From: Chiloscyllium plagiosum
Lineage: Eukaryota
DNA: 48,076 nt
Direction of reading: 5' to 3'
Assembly: GCF_004010195.1 (NCBI RefSeq)
Contig: NC_057719.1
Coordinates: forward strand, 41,416,466 to 41,464,541
Positions 11,806 to 24,611 of this stretch are shown here, piece by piece. Made by a program: the position numbers and the translations under genes. The first letter of the stretch is position 1. Each line of letters opens with the position of its first letter. The notes under the pieces were generated by a model, which saw only the letters and a list, made by a program, of their open reading frames with translations, was not told the DNA's origin and did not search any database.

Positions 11806-12955
11806 GTCATAGAGTCACAGAGATGTACAGCATGGAAACAGACCCTTCAGTCCAACCCGTCCATGCCAACCAGATATCCCAACCCAATCTAGTCCCACCT
11901 GCCAGCACCCGGCCCATATCCCTCCAAACCCTTCCTATTCATATACCCATCCAAATGCCTCTTAAATGTTGCAATTGTACCAGCCTCCACCACATCCTCT
12001 GGCAGCTCCTTGTAAATCTTTTCTGAACCCTTTCAAGTTTCACAACATCTTTCCAATAGGAAGGAGACCAGAATTGTATGCAATATTCCAACAGTGGCCT
12101 AACCAATGTCCTGTACAGCCATAACATGACCTCCCAACTCCTGTACTCAATACTCTGGACCAATAAAGGAAAGCATACCAAATGCCTTCTTCACTATCCT
12201 ATCTACCTGTGACCCACTTTCAAGGAGCTATGAACCTGCACTCCAAGATCTCTTTGTTCAGCAACACTCCCTAGGACCTTACCATTAAGTGTATATGTCC
12301 TGCTAAGATTTGCCTTCCCAAAATGCAACACCTCGCATTTAGCTGAATTAAACTCCATCTGCCACTTCTCAGCCCATTGGCCCATCTGATCAAGATTCCA
12401 ATGTAATCTGAGGTAACCTTCTTCACTGTCCACTACACCTCCAATTTTGGTGTCATCTACAAACTTACTAACCGTACTTCTTATGCTCGCATCCAAATCA
12501 TTTATGTAAATGACAAAAAGTAGAGGGCCCAGCACCGATCCTTGTGGCACTCCACTGGTCACAGGCCTCCAGTCTGAAAAACAACCCTCCACCACCACCC
12601 TCTGTCTTCTACCTTTTTAGCCACTTCTGTATCCAAATGGCTAGTTCTCCCTGTATTCCGTGAGATCTAACTTGCAAACCAGTCTCCCATGGGGAACGCC
12701 TTACTGAAGTCCATATAGATCACATCTACTGCTCTGCCCTCATCTTTGTTACTTCTTCAAAAAACTCAATCAAGTCTGAGAGACATGACTTCCCACACAC
12801 AAAGCCATGTTGACTATCCCTAATAAAAGTCCTTGCCTTTCCAAATACATGTACATCCTGTCCCTCAGGATTCCCTCCAACAACTTGCCCACCATCGACG
12901 TCAGGCTCACTGGTCTATAGTTCCCTGGCTTGTTTTTACCACCCTTCTTAAACAA
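11806..12955 (-). mobile_element. CR1 LINE (abundant young family), 5'-truncated with an internal deletion at ~12008
   Basis: RT motifs PGNYRPVSLTS and SGVPQGSVLGPLLFVIYINDL..KFVDDTK; tail gtcatagagtcacagagatgtacagc. Confidence 0.95.
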
Positions 12956-12989
12956 GTCTGAATTGGGCACCATGAAAGGATATAGGTAG

Positions 12990-13162
12990 CATAATAGTGG
13001 CTTTCATAGAAAACCGAATAACTACTTGAACAGAAGAAATTTATAGCGTTATGGGAATAAAGCAGGGCAGTGGGTTCAGTTGAACAAATCTTCCAAACAC
13101 CCGACACAAACAGATAAGCTGAATGACCTTCTGCTGTGGTTTATCATTCAATGATTCTGTGA
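12990..13162 (+). mobile_element. CR1 3' tail fragment
   Basis: ttatgggaataaagcagggcagtggg..gctgaatgaccttctgctgtg..ttcaatgattctgtga. Confidence 0.5.
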
Positions 13163-14039
13163 CAGCATACACAGTGAACACATTGAAGCCAATCTGATGT
13201 CTGACAGCAACTCCTGATCAAAACCCCTCTGTGAACTCATCAAATTACTTCCAGGCATTATTATTGTCAGGTCAGCAAGCCAATGGTTCCAACATCATTA
13301 AAAACAGCACATTAGCTCTCCAAAGAACACCAACCAATAATTTACTGGAGTGTAGTTGATGGTTTCTTTAAATATCAGTTGAAATGGAAATCAAGGCCTT
13401 TTTGAATGATTTCGAACTGACAAAAGCTAGACCTGATGAAAAGGACAGCTGAATTGGAAAACAAGCAGAAACCATAATTAACATGTCTAAATAGGTGTCT
13501 GCTGATGTGAGGTCAACATACTGCACTGAAGCCTAGATTCAAAGAATCCAGTACAGCTCCAGGAGCAATAAATCAGGCAAGTGGAGGCAAATTATCAACT
13601 GCCCAGGAGGAAGATGAAAATTTGGAGTTAAGTTGGTGGTTTAAGTGTTCAAGATAGGGAGGGCAGGTTATGGTACTTCCAAACAAATGTTGTAGCTGAC
13701 GAAAGAAGGGAATTGGATGACACGGGAAAGGTCAAATTATACCAAAGGCAGTTCATATTTGATAAAAGGAAATCATGGATGACTGAGGGCATGTCATTGG
13801 AAAGGTTGGGAGAGGCAAGGGTAATTGAGAACAAGTCAAAATTGATAGGGAGAGTATTGAGGACGGTGTTCAGCAGTTTAAAGTTGATGGGGACAAGTTC
13901 AAAGGTTCAGGGAACAGCTCAAAAGTGATGGTGGGGCTGCTTTAAAGTGATTGATAAAGATGAAGGGTGATGGTGAGTGGCTCAAGGATCACCAAAGGCA
14001 ATGCGAGGATGATGGGAAAAGTGTTGAGGGTCATGTCAA

Positions 14040-14420
14040 TGTATGAAATGGGAGCACGGATAGGTCTTTCGGCTCCTTGAGCCTGTCTGGTTATTCAATT
14101 AGATTATGGTGATCTAATTATTCCATATTACCACCCACCCACAAAAGCCTTTCATCTTTTCCTCACCAAAGATCCATCCATCTCTGTATTGAAAATATTC
14201 TGATTCCACAGATTTGAGGAAGAGAACTCCAAAGACTCACAACCCTGTTTGAGAAAGAAATTCTCATCGCCGTCTTAAGCAATCCTTTATTTTGAAACAG
14301 TGAAAGCCTCATTCTAGATTCTTGTCCAGGAGGAACCATCATTTCCACATCCACCTTGTCAACACCTCTCAAGATCTTAAAAATTTAAATCAACTCACCT
14401 TCTAAGCCTCTTACCTGAAA
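14040..14420 (-). mobile_element. CR1 LINE 3' fragment
   Basis: ORF 14163..14372 MRGVDKVDVEMM..ESR..FSNRVVSLWSSLPQ. Confidence 0.8.
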
Positions 14421-14664
14421 TGTAGGTCAAAGCTGACTGAGGAAGGGTGAATAGTGATGAGGGTCAGTAAGATATGGCTAGAGAGTGAGCTAAGGAGGGG
14501 TGGTCACAGCGGATGAGTGGAGATCTGGGTATGGTCAACAGTGAGGGGCACCTATTAGTCCACTGTTTGGAAATGAGATGGAGATTCAAATAGGCAAACA
14601 CTAATCATAATCCAAATGCTGACCAGATATTTGCTGGCCTTTAGTCCACAATTCACTTCAGGCA

Positions 14665-15780
14665 TTTTGTGCTCAATACCCTTCCCAACACAAGGTCACA
14701 GGGTCCTCAGCTGTGTGTGACCCATCTCCCACATTTCTGCTGTCACCCCTCTCTTCCCTCTTACACCAATAGGGTTCCCCTGGTCCTCACCTTCCAACCC
14801 ACCAGCACCCACATCCAAGGAATCATAAGCCTCTATTTCCATCACCTCTGGTGGAATGCTACTAATAGACACACATTCCATTCCCCTTCCTTGACAGCAT
14901 TCCACAGGGACTGTTCCCTTTGGGAGACTCTGGTCCATTTTTCTCCCAACCCCAATACCTCTGCACACCTCTACATTACCTTCCCATGCAATTGCAGAAG
15001 ATGCAGCATCTACCTGTTTTCTTCCTCTCACCTCTCTATCCAAGGTCTCAGACACACCTTTCAGATTTTGCTGCTTCATCTCCCTGCACTTCACTCAATC
15101 TAGTCTCCTGTGGTCACAATGTGGTCTCCTCTACATTGGGAAGATGAAACACAGACTGGGTGACCATGTTGTGGAACATCTGCATTCCATTGTAAAACTG
15201 CCCCCAAATCTCAGTTGCCTGCCGCTTCAATACACCACCATGTTCCCGGACCAACCTTTCTGTCTAAGGCCTGCTACAGCGACCAGTAAGACTCAGTACA
15301 AGCTCGAAGAACAGGATCTCATTTTCTGTCTGGGGACATCACAGCCTTCAGGACTCAATATTGAGTTCAATCATTTTAGAACCTGAACACTTCCTTCCAT
15401 GTCCTTTATGTTCCCACCCACTCCCCCCACCTCCCCCACATCCCCCCTCCTCCCCCACTACCGCACTCCAGTTCCTGTCATAAGATGGTTTGCTTTCAAC
15501 ACAGCCAACCCATTTTCACCCTCATAGGCCCCATTATCACCTATCATTTTTCTCTTCATCCCTTGCTCACTATCAACTTTTCCCTCTCTCTTTGGACTCC
15601 ATCTCTATCTATCTGCTCTCCCCTTTTTCCCTTCAGCCTCTATCATCAAGATAAATTCTGCTTTTGCCTAGATGTTCTGAAGAGAGGAATGTTAATTCTG
15701 TTTCTCTCTGCACAGATGCTGCTGAGTGTCTCCAGCAATTTCTGTTTTTGTTTCAGGTTTCCAGCACCTGCAGTTCTTTA
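14665..15780 (+). mobile_element. Penelope-like element 3' part (GIY-YIG endonuclease, C-rich UTR, pLTR tail)
   Basis: RVPLVLTF.P..AFHRDCSLWETLVH..TFPCNCRRC; CTSLNLV..CGLLYIGKMKHRLGDHVVEH..KLEEQDLIFCLGTSQPSGLNIEF; tail ccagcacctgcagttcttt. The hammerhead is partly deleted near 15676. Confidence 0.85.
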
Positions 15781-16330
15781 TTGCAATGTCACATGTCTCC
15801 TGCATGCTCAGTTCTCCATGTTGGCGACATTCTAACTTTGTCTGTCTTAAAACTCCCATCTCACCATCCACAGCTAAACATCGGATTTGCTTGACAAGTT
15901 TGAATGCCTCATCCTCTGCATGGTCACTATGAGGAGGTTAGAGACACCACTACCAATCTTTGAGTGCTATTTGGTAAGGCCTGCAATGTCCAGAGTGCAT
16001 TGTAGAGTTTAGGATGATGATAGAAAAGAACAATAACCAGTTCAGAGCAAGAGAAATTAATTAGGGGTGAGCCAATGTCAATGGGGCAAGAACGGAGCTG
16101 CAACAGATAGACTGGAACAGAGGTTGGTGGGAAAAATTGTGATTGAACAATGGGCTATGTTCAAAAAAGAAATGGCTCTTGCACAGTCGAGGTACATTTC
16201 CTCCAAAGGATATGATCGGTCAAAGAAATCCAGAACTCCCTGGATGAAAAAGGAGACAGAACTTAAGATAAGGAAGAGAAAAGTGTGCTCAAAACAGATT
16301 TCTGGTAGAAAATATAATTGACAATCAAGA

Positions 16331-16625
16331 GGAGGGCATAGGTATAGGGTAAGAGGGGAAAGATATAAAAGAGACCTAAGGGGCAACCTTTTCATGCAGA
16401 GGGTGGTACGTGTATGGAATGAGCTGCCAGAGGAAGTGGTGGAGGCTGGTACAATTGCAACATTTGAGAGGCATTTGGATGGGTATATTAATAGGAAGGG
16501 TTTGGAGGGATATGGGCCGGGTGCTGGCAGGTGGGACTAGATTGGGTTGGGATATCTGGTCGGCATGGATGGGTTGGACCGAAGGGTCTGTTTCCATGCT
16601 GTACATCTCTATGACTCTATGATTC
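16331..16625 (+). mobile_element. CR1 LINE 3' end (young family), nested
   Basis: Near-identical to 42645-42937 and to the reverse complement of 47803-48076. Confidence 0.9.
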
Positions 16626-17150
16626 TATTCAAAGGGAAAGTGAAAAAGTACATTAGAAAAGTAAGGAGAGATTATGAGAAAAGACTGATAGCCAACATAA
16701 AGAGGAATCCCAAAGTGTTTGCGAGGCATATCAACTGTGAAAAGGTGGTCAAAGGAATAGGGCCAGTTGGGGATCTAAAAGCGAAGATACACATCTGACA
16801 CATTACTGAGGTGTTAGATGACCTTTGCAAATGGTTTTACTAAGGAAGCTACCAAGCCATGGTGACAGAGGAAGAATCCTGTCACAAGAAGGATTCCAAA
16901 TCATTAAGGCAGAAGTGTTGCTTTGACTGATGGTACTTAAAGTTGACAAAATGCTGAGACCAAATGAATTGTATCAAAGGATATTGAGGATGTAAGAGAG
17001 GAAATTGCCAAGGCACTGACTCAGAGGCGGTAATAGAGGACCGGTGGATTGCAAACAACACACCCTGTCTTGGTTGAGGGTAATGCTTTTGATTCAGTGT
17101 AAATTCAAAAGGCATTCAGTACAATGCTATACAACAGACTTCTAAGAAGA

Positions 17151-19329
17151 ATTACAGAATACAATATCCTTTGTTGTCATGTGTATCCAATATAAAATAC
17201 AATGAAAAGTGTGCACCATTGCCATACATCGATGCCATTCACTTTAACTTAGAATAAAAATTTTTTAAAAAATAAAGAGAGTTCAACTTTTTTTTCTCCA
17301 CTGCTACACCACGCTGCCTCAAGAGTTCAGCTCCAGGTATCCCAGCCCACACCATGCTGCCATGTCGGAATCACTCCGAGTATCCCAGCCCAAACGATGC
17401 TGCTGTGAGGGAACCACTCCGGGTATCCCAGCCAACACCATGCTCTGCCATGTGGGAATCACTCCGGGTATCCCAGCCCACACCATGCTGCTGTGAGGGA
17501 ACCACTCCGGTATCCCAGCCCACACCATGCTGCCGTGAGGGATCCACTCCAGGTAGCCCAGCCCACACCATGCTGCCGTGAGGGATCCACTCCAGGTATC
17601 CCAGCCCACACCATGCTGCCGTGAGGGAACCACTCCGGGTATCCCAGCCCACACCATGCTGCCGTGAGGGAACCACTCCGGTTATCCCAGCCCACACCAT
17701 GCTGCCGTGAGGGATCCACTCCAGGTATCCCAGCCCACACCATGCTGCCGTGAGGGAACCACTCCGGTTATTCCAGCCCACACCATGCTGCCGTGAGGGA
17801 TCCACTCCAGGTATCCCAGCCCGCACCATGCTACTGTGAGTGAATCACTCTGGGTATCACTCTGAGTATCCCATCCCACACCATGCTGCCGTGAAGGAAC
17901 CACTCCAGGTATCCCAACCCACACCATGCTGCCGTGAGGGAACTACTACGGGTATCCCAGCCCACACCCCACACCATGCTGCTGTGAGGGAATCATACCG
18001 GGTTATCCCAGCCCACACCATGTTGCCGTGAGGGAACCACTCCGGGTATCCCAACCCACACCATGCTGCCGTGAGGGAACGACTCCGGTTATCCCAGCCC
18101 ACACCATGCTGCCGTGAGGGAACCACTCCGGTTATCCCAGCACACACCATGCTGCCATGAGGGAATCACTCCGGGTATCCCAGCCCACACCATGCTGCTG
18201 TGAGGGAATCACTCTGGGTATCCCAGCCCACGCCATACTGCTGTGAGGGAATCACTCTGGGTTATCCCAGCCCACACAATGCTGCCGTGAGGGAATCACT
18301 CTGGGTTATCCCAGTCCAAACCATGCTACTGTGAGGGAATCACTCCGGGTATCCGATCCCATACCATGCTGCCGTGAGTGAATCACTCCGGGTATCCCAG
18401 CCCACACCATGCTGCCATGAAGGAACCACTCCGGTTATCCCAGCCCACGCTATGCTGCCATGAGGGAATCACTCCAGGTTATCCCAGCCCACGCTATGCT
18501 GCCATGAGGGAATCACTCCAGGTATCCCAGCCCACACCATGCTGCTGTGAGGGAATCACTCCAGCTATCCCATCCCACACCATGCTGCTGTGAGGGAATC
18601 ACTCCGGGTTATCCCAGCCCACATCATGCTGCCATGAAGGAACCACTCCGGTTATCCCAGCCCACACCATGCTGCTGTGAGGGAATCACTCCAGGTATCC
18701 CATCCCACACCATGCTGCCGTGAAGGAACCACTCCAGGTATCCCAACCCACACCATGCTGCCGTGAGGGAACTACTCCGGTTTTCCCAGCCCACATCATG
18801 CTGCCGTGAGGGAATCACTCCGGGTTATCCCAGCCCACATCATGCTGCCGTGAGGGAACTACTCCGGTTTTCCCAGCCCACATCATGCTGCCGTGAGGGA
18901 ACCACTCCGGTTATCCCAGCCCACACCATGCTGCTATGAGGGAACCATTCCAGGTATCCCAGCCCACACCATGCTACTGTGAGTGAATCACTCCGGGTTA
19001 TCACAGCCCACACCGTGCTGCCATGAGGGAACAACTCCGGTTATCCCAGCATACACCATGCTGCTGTGAGGGAATCATACCGGGTTATCCCAGCCCACAC
19101 CATGTTGCCGTGAGGGAACCACTCCGGGTATCCCAACCCACACCATGCTGCTGTGAGGGAACCACTCCTGTTATCCCAGCCCACACCATGCTGCCGTGAG
19201 GGAACGACTCCGGTTATCCCAGCCCACACCATGCTGCTGTGAGGGAATCACTCCAGGTATCCCAGCCCACTCCATGCTGCTGTGAGTGACCCACTCTGGG
19301 TTATCCCAGCCCACACCATGCTGCTGTGA
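17151..19329 (-). mobile_element. Putative non-autonomous retroelement with a Rex1/Babar-like 3' tail carrying a minisatellite
   Basis: Minus-strand end cttttcattgtatt..tacacatgacaacaaa resembles the end of the element at 24612-25198; it interrupts a continuous CR1 RT reading. Confidence 0.5.
17331..19329. repeat. GC-rich minisatellite, 43-44-bp unit, ~46 copies
   Basis: Unit ~ggtatcccagcccacaccatgctgccgtgagggaaccactccg; period 43 (e.g. 17591 vs 17634). Confidence 0.97.
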
Positions 19330-22300
19330 GTTGTAGCTCATGAAATAAAAAAGACAGCAGCGAGACGGATATAAAATCGGCTCAACGATAGGAACCACAG
19401 AATAATGGTCAATGGATATATTTTCAGGCCAGAGGAAATGGAATTTCTCAGGATCGGTATTGTGATATATGTCAATGACTTAGGTCTTGGTGTAGGGGGG
19501 AGAATTTCCAAGTTTGAAGACGATATGAAACTTGGAAGCATTGTATTCTGTGAAGAGGACAGTGCAAACCTCCAAAAAACATAGATAAGTTGGTGGAGTT
19601 GGCGGATAGTTGGCAGATAAAGTTCAATGTGGAAATTGAGAGATGATGCAAACTATAATACTTCTGTGATTCTTTGTTAATATTGTTTTACAACAAGCTC
19701 TGAAAATACCATGACACTTTACTCTTAGGAACAGTTTGAACAGGAAAAGACCATTCAGTGCCTGGAGCTGACTGCCTGATTGTAAGTAATCACCCAATAA
19801 GTATCGGAATGGACAGGATCAGAATGATCAGGAATAGTATTTGCTTTGAGACACTATTACACTAAAAATGGGTATACAATTATTAAATCTAAAAACATTA
19901 GTAACATTCCAAATGAGATAAACCTTTCCTTCCGCTTCTGGCAATGAACTTTTTAACATGTGAATTCTGCTTAATTCATAGTTGGTCGAAAGGTCTTCAC
20001 CATTTAGGGTCTAAACAATAATTTCATACTGTCATTCCTGGCTTTGTTCAGATCTTCTTAAACCTTGTGGTAGTAAAATTAAAATAGTTTTGCATTGACA
20101 ACAAAACTGCTAAATTAACCATCATCCATTATCTGTTTTTATCACATACTTGAATTCTTTAATCAGCAAAATAATAATGCTCATTTCAAATTTATTTTGT
20201 AGCTGGATTGCTGATGAATAGCCTCTTCTTTGAAAGTGTTTTAACTTGAAATGTAATTCATGTTCATTAACATTCAATTTGGATTCAATCAGAGGCAATG
20301 CCAAAGACAGCTTCATAATGTAAGTGATGTCATTTGAAAGCTAAGAATATGACTGATTGTGAGATCGGTCACTGATCGAGATGGGTTGTGGAAATTTAGA
20401 TACAAAATGTGAAATATAATGCCAATGCTTTCACAGGAATCTGTATAAATCTACAATACAAATGAATGAAAATTAAACAGTTGTTTAAAATTCAAATAAT
20501 TCTATTTGCAGAATAATTTTAGGAGCGCAACCCTGGCTATGTATCTGACATAGCAATTGTAGGCCAGAAACAATTTACGGTCAGGAGCTATTTCCTAAAT
20601 AATAACAATTCTTGTGCACTCCTGTTCTGTATTCACGTTTGACAACGAGACAGATGCAACATGAATAATACACTGAACTAATGGAAAACACATTGATAGC
20701 CTTGATAGCCATAGCAATAGCCTGTTCTATTAAACATTTCGAGCTAATGTTGAAAAAGCCATAGAGATAATTCTGCAAGGCTATTCGTGGTCTGCCTAGT
20801 TGATCTTACTTTTAGATTCAGTCAAAACAGTATGCTTAAGATGTTTTATACAAACTTTTGCTGCTTGGAAACCCACATAATACAGGGTCTCATTTGAAAT
20901 TGCAGGCTATAAGTGAGAACCAGATCAAGCTGGCATGTGAATAACCATTGTTTTTAATCACAGTCCTAAACACTATTCTTAATTTATTGGAAAAAATATT
21001 ATTTTGGAATGCTAATTGGCTGTTTAATAATAAATAAGATCAACCTGAGCACCAATCTGCTTGGATAGTACTCTTTTATTCCTACTTGCTCCTGAGGGTC
21101 TGGTCTAAAATGCAACCTCAGTCTATTTCCTAGTGACATTTGTGACTTAGCAACATCCAATTTGTCCAAGGTCAGCTCTGTCCCTCAGCAAGTCCATTCA
21201 AATGGCCAGTAGGGCAAGTGCACAAATGCATTTTGGTGCTTTTCTGCTTAGGCTACAGCTAAACCATTTTGACAGCATGGATGAAATGAACTTTATTCAG
21301 CAGCTGGTTGTACTTCCCCTGACCTGTAAAGCCAGGTAACAAAGATATCCCATTACCCAACATTCATCTGTCACTTCTTCCACTTACAAATCACTGAAAA
21401 GCAGTTTCAGAAAATTGACGAAGACATACAACTTCAACCAGCTCGAAAGCAATTTTTAGATAATTAAGCCAGGTTTGGCTGAAAATTTTAAGTTATCTGT
21501 TGCCAAATGCTTGAAGAGTTCTGGAGGAAATGGATCAGTTTAATGGTTTTCAAGACTTTTTTATTAACTAATATGCAGAAATATTGAACAAATTAAATAT
21601 AAATTCAAAACAAAACGTACAGGGAAATAATTTCTTGTGGGTGTATTTCAACTTTTTAACATACTATATCTATAGTTGGCATCTTACTAGCTGTTTTACA
21701 ATAATATTCATTTCACTGTTGTGATATATTTACATACAATATAGCAGTATTGCCCAGGAACCTGGAACTTCCAAATTTAGAAATTCTTGACTTTGTGCAA
21801 TTAGAATAGAAAAGCTGGATATGTGGTAAAGTGACTTAAATCAATATGTGCTTATGAAAATTATTCTCTAGCCATAGACTATTAGTAGTTACCAACAATA
21901 AATGATCTCAGTAACATTGGCCCGAGTGGTTTCAATGGCTTTCTAAATACCTAACAACAAAAAAGATAGTTTGAATTGGTACTTTTTTCCATAAATGGAT
22001 AAATTGCAAGCAACACCTGTAGCAATTTTCAGGAGCCCACTATTTTGGCTAAGCAAGTTGTATTTGGCACTCAGTTTCAAAACCACATTAAAATTTGACA
22101 TTTTTTATATATCTTAAATCTATACAAAAATAGCCAACTATTTCACAGGAGGTGAATGTGTTTTCAATGCATTTGGCAAAGTAATATGTTGAAATCCTCT
22201 TACAGGCTGCATGAATTTCATGTACAGAGAAGCTTCATTGTAAGTGCAGATTGGTTAATGACCTCATAGGTTAATCTGTCATCCACCATATTAGGGAAAG

Positions 22301-23213
22301 GGAAGACTCTTGTCAAATCTCTTACATCAGTGTGCGCTTGAGTTACAATCATTTTCAGCTGTTTTATACCCTGTTGGGAGCTCACTTGTGCACCTACTAG
22401 CTATTACATCAACTCCTGCTTTTTTAATGCACCTCGTAAATGATAGTCCTGATGGAAAAGACTGAAGTACTTATAATTAGGGAAAGCATAAGTTAGCCAT
22501 TTACATTTTCCACACAGAAAGCATTATTACTGGAAACATTTTGGATTACTGAGTAAAACGAATAGGCTCCTGCCTGTTTATAACTACCAGCTTGCATTTA
22601 AAACAGCTTGGTCTCTGGAGAAAGCTCCATATCTGACTAATCACCGCATTTCAATAGAGTCATGTTGGTTTGTTTTGTGATTTGACACTACAAAGGTAAG
22701 AACTTTGTTAGCATTTACGGTATTGAGGGAATTCTACAGCTTTCCACATCTCATGAAAGATTTGCATTGGTTTTTTAACTGACACAATGTCAATGAAAGT
22801 GTAGGTTTCTCGTTCTGAAACAGAATATGATTCAAGTATATTTTAAAAACAATTCATTTGCATTCTTTTTTCCTTCTAGAAAAATATTTTGGCCCATTGG
22901 TCTCACATTGCTTACCTTTCAGGATATTTATAAGAAACTGAAGTAACTAAATAATTGGGTTGCCTGATGTTACACTACTTTTTAATCCATCTAAATTCAA
23001 ACTAAAATTCCATTTTCTTTGGGTTTCCATGTTTGCAAATTCCAGTCACATCCATGATGTGGCCTGTTTTAATATTTTGTTATACAAATTTCTTTTGCTA
23101 TATTAAACGGTTGAACAATATGTGAAGAAACCACATGTTCCGTATACATTAACAGGGTTTGTTTTAAGAAAATAAGACAACAGATCTGAGAAGGAGTTTT
23201 GATCCTTTACCAT

Positions 23214-23567
23214 TCATAGATTCCCTACAGTTTGGAAGCAGGCCATTTGGCCCATCAAGCCCACACTGACCCTCTGAAGAACATCCCACCAAGACTCACA
23301 CCCCTCCACCCCATCCTATCCCTGTAAGCCTGCATTTCCCATGACTAATGCACCTAGTCTGCATATCCCTAGATACCATGGGCAATTTAGTATGGCCAAT
23401 CCACCTAATAGAACATCTTTGGACTGTGGGAAGAAACTGGTACCTCCAGAGGAAACCCATGCAGACATAGGGAGAACATGCAAACTCTACACAGACAGTC
23501 ACACAAGGCTGGAATTGAACCCAAGTCCCTGGTACTGTAAGGCAGCAGTGCTAACCACTGAGCCACC
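23214..23567 (-). mobile_element. HE1-type V-SINE, essentially full length
   Basis: Minus strand A box ggtggctcagtggttagc and B box gggttcaattcc; V-domain gtttgcatgttctccc..tttcttcccacagtccaaaga; CR1-like tail. Possible TSD accattcat (23209-23217 / 23565-23573). Confidence 0.9.
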
Positions 23568-23656
23568 ATTCATTTCCATCAAAATTTATACACTAAATTA
23601 CATTCGGAATTTTCTTGTGTTACTTAACCCCATAAGAGATATAGAAGCAATACTAT

Positions 23657-23698
23657 TAACTATTAACTATTTGACTGTAACTATTAACTATTTGACTG
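23657..23698. repeat. 21-bp exact tandem duplication
   Basis: taactattaactatttgactg x2. Confidence 0.9.
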
Positions 23699-23914
23699 GA
23701 CATTATTGCACATTGACATTCCAATCATCAGAAATGGGACATGAATAAAATCTATACAAACTATGGTTAATCAGTTTATCTGGAAAATTGTTAATTTCTT
23801 TTGTCATGACATATTTAATATTTTAATATGCTTCACATAGCATTTCACTTTTTGATAAAAATCAGTGTTACCTTAAGTTTTTTCATATTCAGTCATTTCC
23901 AACTATCGCCACAA

Positions 23915-24080
23915 CCATAAGAAGATAAGAACAGGAGTAGGCCGTTTGGTCCCTCCAGCCTGCCCCATATGACCATATCTCATCCAACATTCTTCACATT
24001 TACTTTCCTGCCCCTTTCCTGCAACCCTTCAATCCCCTAATGATCAAGAATCTATCTATCTCAGCCTTAAATATGCATCC
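23915..24080 (-). mobile_element. CR1 3' tail
   Basis: ccataagaagataagaacaggagtaggcc..gatcaagaatctatctatctcagccttaaatat. Confidence 0.75.
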
Positions 24081-24317
24081 ACAGACAATGTTAAGAGAAG
24101 TACGGTGATGCCTCCACCATGACTTACCTTCCAGTTGCCTTCTTTTCTTTGAAGCTGTCCACATTTCTGACTATAATCTGAACATGGATGGCTTTTTAAT
24201 CTGGGAAGTTGTGAATGGAACTGAATACTGAGCAATTATCAGTGAATGTTCCCACTTCAAACCTTAGATGAAACAGCTGAAAATAGTTGGGCCTAGGGCA
24301 CTATCCAATGGAAGTTA

Positions 24318-24568
24318 GGGGCTTATGTGTGGTGCAGTGCTTGTGTCTAAACCCTGAGATTCAAGTTTCAAGTACTACCTCCTCCAGAGGTGGGCAGTAA
24401 CATCTCTGATCAGGCCGGTTAGAAAATACCTATCCTGAGCTACCTAGGGGCCTTTGTGGCACAGTGGTAGTATCCTGATCTCTAAGCCTGGAGGACTGGG
24501 CTCAAGTCCCACTTTCCTTAAGAAATGTGTAATAATATCTCTGAACAGATAGATTAAAGAAATATCTA
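24318..24568 (+). mobile_element. Two tandem ~115-120-bp tRNA-derived short SINEs (24318-24432, 24447-24568)
   Basis: Both start gggg, with A-box tggtgcagtg/tggcacagtgg and B-box-like ttcaagt/ctcaagtccc, and share the tail taa(c/t)atctctga(t/a)cag..tta..aaata(c/t)cta. Confidence 0.65.
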
Positions 24569-24611
24569 AGCTGACGAACTATTGCAATGATGCCCTGGGG
24601 CTGAAAAGATT

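Larger units (their letters stand above)
16060..19650 (+). mobile_element. Old CR1 LINE split by a young CR1 tail (16331-16625) and by the minisatellite-bearing insert (~17151-19329)
   Basis: EQWAMFKKEM..PWMKKE; RKVRRDYEKRLIANIKRNPKVF. RT reads ..AFSTMLYNRLLR| before the insert and |VVAHEI..YVNDL..ISKFEDDMKLG after it. Confidence 0.8.

Noticed and set aside
13160..14040. Possible continuation of the hAT or another TE ORF
   Set aside because: No motif recognisable in the frames examined; left unannotated.
17331..19329. CRISPR-like array or repeat-protein ORFs
   Set aside because: The units are contiguous with no unique spacers, there are no cas genes, and the context is eukaryotic. The 43-bp period shifts frame, so the ORFs are by-products.
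22911..22955. Minus-strand micro-exon ending at an aag/gtaagc donor
   Set aside because: Only 22-31 nt, a weak acceptor and no recognisable peptide; unsupported without RNA data.
23490..23567. tRNA gene
   Set aside because: The A and B boxes belong to the HE1 SINE head; there is no full cloverleaf and it continues into the SINE body.
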